Source of the DNA: an uncultured delta proteobacterium
Lineage (GTDB): Bacteria > Myxococcota_A > Polyangia > Polyangiales > Polyangiaceae
Assembly (NCBI GenBank): GCA_963850305.1
Contig: CAWKKR010000001.1
Location: 736,001 to 800,000 of the forward strand
Length of the DNA: 64,000 nucleotides
Reading direction: 5' to 3'
The translations under genes were made by a program, and so were the position numbers. The notes under the pieces were generated by a model. That model had not been told where the DNA came from and made no database searches. It saw only the letters and a list, made by a program, of their open reading frames with translations. The stretch's first letter is position 1, and each line of letters opens with the position of its first letter. This document shows, piece after piece, positions 61,306 through 64,000 of the stretch.

Positions 61306-61934
61306 CCTCTCCCGCGCCCGCCCTTCAACTCGAACCCCACCACGTATATCTCCGTGCTGTTCGAGCGCGTGCCTTCTGGCTTGAGCACGCGACACGTCGC
61401 GAAGCGGGTCGCAACCGAGCGCCGGGCGTCCGGAAAGTCCCCGCTCATGAAGATCTTCCCGACGAACGCCGCGCCCGGTCTCCCGAGCTCTACCGCAACC
61501 TCGAGAGCGGACATGAAGAGCTCGTAGCTCCTGACCTGGTCTGTCAATCTGGTCCCGCTCGTCGCGGGCGCCATGTCGCTCAGCACGACGTCATACGGTG
61601 AGCGCGCGACGACAGGGTCGTCCGCGTCCCTGCCGTTCGCGGCGTCACGAACGGCAAAGGCGTCGCCGCGAACGACCATGACGTTCGCGAGCGCGAGCCC
61701 CACTATCTCCTGCAGGTCCACAGCGACGACCGCGCCGCGCGCGCCAACCCGCTCCGCCGCATAACGACTCCAGGAGCCCGGCGCCGCGCCGAGATCGAGC
61801 ACACGCTGCCCGGGCCGGAGGAGCCGCCAGCGTTCGTCGATCTCCTTGAGCTTGAAGACGCTCCGCGCGGCGTAGCCCTGGGCCTTCGCCGCGCGCGTGC
61901 GCGCGTCGGGCCGCGCGTAAGGGTTCCGGCTCAG
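61302..61934 (-). CDS. rlmE: 23S rRNA Um2552 methyltransferase
   Basis: Frame open upstream of the track start: SRNPYARPDARTRAAKAQGYAARSVFKLKEID..VLDLGAAPGSW..VLSDMAP..KPEGTRSNSTEIY. Confidence 0.9.
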   Translation of the reverse strand: MSRNPYARPDARTRAAKAQGYAARSVFKLKEIDERWRLLRPGQRVLDLGAAPGSWSRYAAERVGARGAVVAVDLQEIVGLALANVMVVRGDAFAVRDAANGRDADDPVVARSPYDVVLSDMAPATSGTRLTDQVRSYELFMSALEVAVELGRPGAAFVGKIFMSGDFPDARRSVATRFATCRVLKPEGTRSNSTEIYVVGFELKGGRGRG

Positions 61935-62599
61935 GCTTTCGCCTTGCCGCCGTCCTTTTTGCGGGACGCGCCGCGCACCACGACGACCGAGTTCGGCGCG
62001 CCTGGAACGCCGCCGCCGACGAGAACCAGGTTCTTCTCCGGCACGATCTTCACGATGCGCTGGTTCATGACGCTGACGGTCCAGTTCCCGTGCTGCCCGG
62101 GCATGCGCATTCCCGGGAACGTGCGACCCGGCGTCTTCCTTTGCCCGATGGACCCGCCGTGACGCCGATACTCGTGTGTGCCGTGCGTCTGGATGTTGCC
62201 GGCAAAGTGATGCCGGCGCACCACGCCGGAGAAGCCGCGACCGCGCATCGTGCCTTGCACGTCGACAATCTGGCCCTCCTGGAAGACGTCGGTCAGGACG
62301 AGTCCCTGTCCGACCTCGAACTTGGCCGCGTGCTCGGCGCTGCAGCGGAACTCCTTGAGCACGCGCTGCGGAGCGACGCCGATCTTCTTGTATGCGCCCG
62401 CGAGGGGCTTCGAGGTCTGCTTTTCCTTGCGCTCCTCGATGCCGAGAACGAGCGCGTCATAGCCATCCTTCGCCTTGGTGCGCTTGGCGACCACGATGGG
62501 CTTCGACTCGATGACGGTGCAGGGCAGGACACTGCCGTCCTCGGCGAAGAGCTGCGTCATTCCAATCTTGCGGCCGACGACCCCGGGGTGTTGATTCAT
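61931..62599 (-). CDS. rplC: 50S ribosomal protein L3
   Basis: GRKIGMTQ, KDGYDA, GRGFSGVVRRH, THG, GSIGQ, GMRMPGQHG. Confidence 0.97.
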   Translation of the reverse strand: MNQHPGVVGRKIGMTQLFAEDGSVLPCTVIESKPIVVAKRTKAKDGYDALVLGIEERKEKQTSKPLAGAYKKIGVAPQRVLKEFRCSAEHAAKFEVGQGLVLTDVFQEGQIVDVQGTMRGRGFSGVVRRHHFAGNIQTHGTHEYRRHGGSIGQRKTPGRTFPGMRMPGQHGNWTVSVMNQRIVKIVPEKNLVLVGGGVPGAPNSVVVVRGASRKKDGGKAKA

Positions 62600-62793
62600 G
62601 ACTGGCTGGTGCCGACCCGCCCGATGCTGTCACCCGAAAAGCCAGGCGCGCGCGGAATGGGAACGGAGGGCCAGGCGGAATAACCTCCGATCCGGAACGA
62701 GTCAAGCCTCGGGCCCACGTTTCGGCGGTGCTCCTGGGACCCGAGGAGGCCGCACGTAGCCTCCCCCAATCGACGAGAGCCCGCGGGAGCGGA

Positions 62794-62821
62794 TTGACGA
62801 CATGGCACAGGAATGCATAAT
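62794..62821 (+). promoter_or_regulatory. sigma70-type promoter for rplS
   Basis: TTGACG-N16-CATAAT about 90 nt upstream of rplS. Confidence 0.55.
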
Positions 62822-62911
62822 GCGCGTCCTCTTCGAGGCCTCGCCCCGCTCACGCCCCCGCGCGCGGGACCGGTCGCCTGATTGACGTCCCCTTCGGAAG
62901 CGAGCGCGACC

Positions 62912-63271
62912 ATGTCCATGAGCCCAGCCAAGATCGAAGCCTTCGAGCAGAGCTCGCTGCGAAGCGACATCCCGGACTTCCGCGTCGGGGACACCGTGGC
63001 CGTGCACTACAAGATCGTGGAGGGCGACAAGCTCCGCGTCCAGATCTTCCGTGGGATCGTGATCAAGCGGCACCGCGCCGGCGCCCGGAGCACCTTCACG
63101 GTGCGGAAGATGAGCTTCAGCGTCGGGGTCGAGCGCACGTTCCCCTTGCACTCTCCCCGGCTCGAGAAGGTGGACGTGGAAGCCCGGGGCATCGTCCGCC
63201 GCGCCCGGTTGTTCTTCCTGCGCGACCTCGAAGGCAAGGCGGCGCGTATCCGCGATCAGAAGGACCGTTGA
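62912..63271 (+). CDS. rplS: 50S ribosomal protein L19
   Basis: [46 protein letters not shown]. Confidence 0.97.
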   Translation: MSMSPAKIEAFEQSSLRSDIPDFRVGDTVAVHYKIVEGDKLRVQIFRGIVIKRHRAGARSTFTVRKMSFSVGVERTFPLHSPRLEKVDVEARGIVRRARLFFLRDLEGKAARIRDQKDR

Positions 63272-63360
63272 TCGCGTCGTTTGGGTAAGCGGCTCGGCCC
63301 GGAGTAAGCTGCGCCGGCACGGGATTCCGGAATGCGCCGGACCCCTGCCAGTGAGCCTCG

Positions 63361-64000
63361 ATGAGCCAGTGTCAGCGCTGCGGCGCCACGAATGAGCCAG
63401 CCAGCAGATTCTGCGTCGCCTGCGGGGCTCCGCTCGTAGCCCAGGGCTCGGCCCAGATTGCGGCCATGCCGAGCGGGCAGCCTCGGAGGCCCGCGGCCGG
63501 AAGCGCTGCGCCGGCCGATGCGGGCGGCTTCGAGTATGCGCCGACCGCGGCACCCCCGACTCGCGAAGAATTCGAGGCGTTCGAGGCGCAACGCGCCGCC
63601 GCCCAGGCCGCCGCGGCCGTCATGCGAGGGTCAGGCGCGCCGCCCGCGGTCGCGCCGATGACCGCGCCGCCACCGGACCACGGACGGCCACCATCGGTCG
63701 CGCCCGATGCTCCCGGTACGCAGCGTGCGTCGGTGGGCATCGCCGGTGTGGCGCAGGACCCCGAGGACGTACCGGACGGCGCGCCGCGGCTGCTCGCGGG
63801 TTTCATCGTGAGCTACGACTCGCAACCGCTCGGGCGCTTCTGGCCGCTCTACCAGGGCCGAAACCGCGTGGGCCGCGAGGGTTCCGGCGCCGACCTCGAC
63901 GCCGGACTCGATCACCCGACGACCTCTTCGCGTCACGCCGTCATCCTCGCCGCGGCCCGTCCGGGGCGCCTGAAGCTCGAGGACATCGGCAGCACGAACG
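63361..64000 (+). CDS. zinc-ribbon + FHA domain protein (runs off window)
   Basis: Own translation MSQCQRCGATNEPASRFCVACG..GRNRVGR..HPTTSSRHA..EDIGSTN. Confidence 0.85.
   Translation, partial: MSQCQRCGATNEPASRFCVACGAPLVAQGSAQIAAMPSGQPRRPAAGSAAPADAGGFEYAPTAAPPTREEFEAFEAQRAAAQAAAAVMRGSGAPPAVAPMTAPPPDHGRPPSVAPDAPGTQRASVGIAGVAQDPEDVPDGAPRLLAGFIVSYDSQPLGRFWPLYQGRNRVGREGSGADLDAGLDHPTTSSRHAVILAAARPGRLKLEDIGSTN

Overview
High-GC window that looks like a myxobacterial chromosome (Polyangiaceae/Sorangium-like). This is inferred from many Gly/Cys-rich lipoproteins, Myxococcus Cys-rich repeats, PEGA/TPR/FHA proteins and a giant TPR gene. Many genes are split across reading frames, probably by long-read indel errors, so split genes are not automatically pseudogenes. 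The left half (1-29.9 kb) is accessory and ends at tRNA-Leu(GAG). It holds surface lipoproteins, an MFS transporter, a tandem-ACT protein, two EAL proteins, a 5'-truncated SNF2 helicase, IS5/IS66/IS110 remnants, and one intact IS (ISNCY/IS5-like) inserted just upstream of a DUF433/DUF5615 toxin-antitoxin pair. The right half is more core-like: hybrid kinase, giant TPR operon, GT-C, thrC, CDP-alcohol phosphotransferase, hisC, an odd stand-alone ketosynthase, glutaryl-CoA dehydrogenase, rlmE, rplC and rplS. The most interesting locus is 56.1-58.7 kb. It has two tandem ~119-bp REP-like hairpin repeats, an 8.5x 11-bp tandem array ahead of a small basic ORF, then a splicease-like radical SAM/SPASM enzyme coupled to a Zn-ribbon/lipoprotein-type partner that has YN rather than the canonical YG motif. 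Family names come from motif recognition, not database searches.
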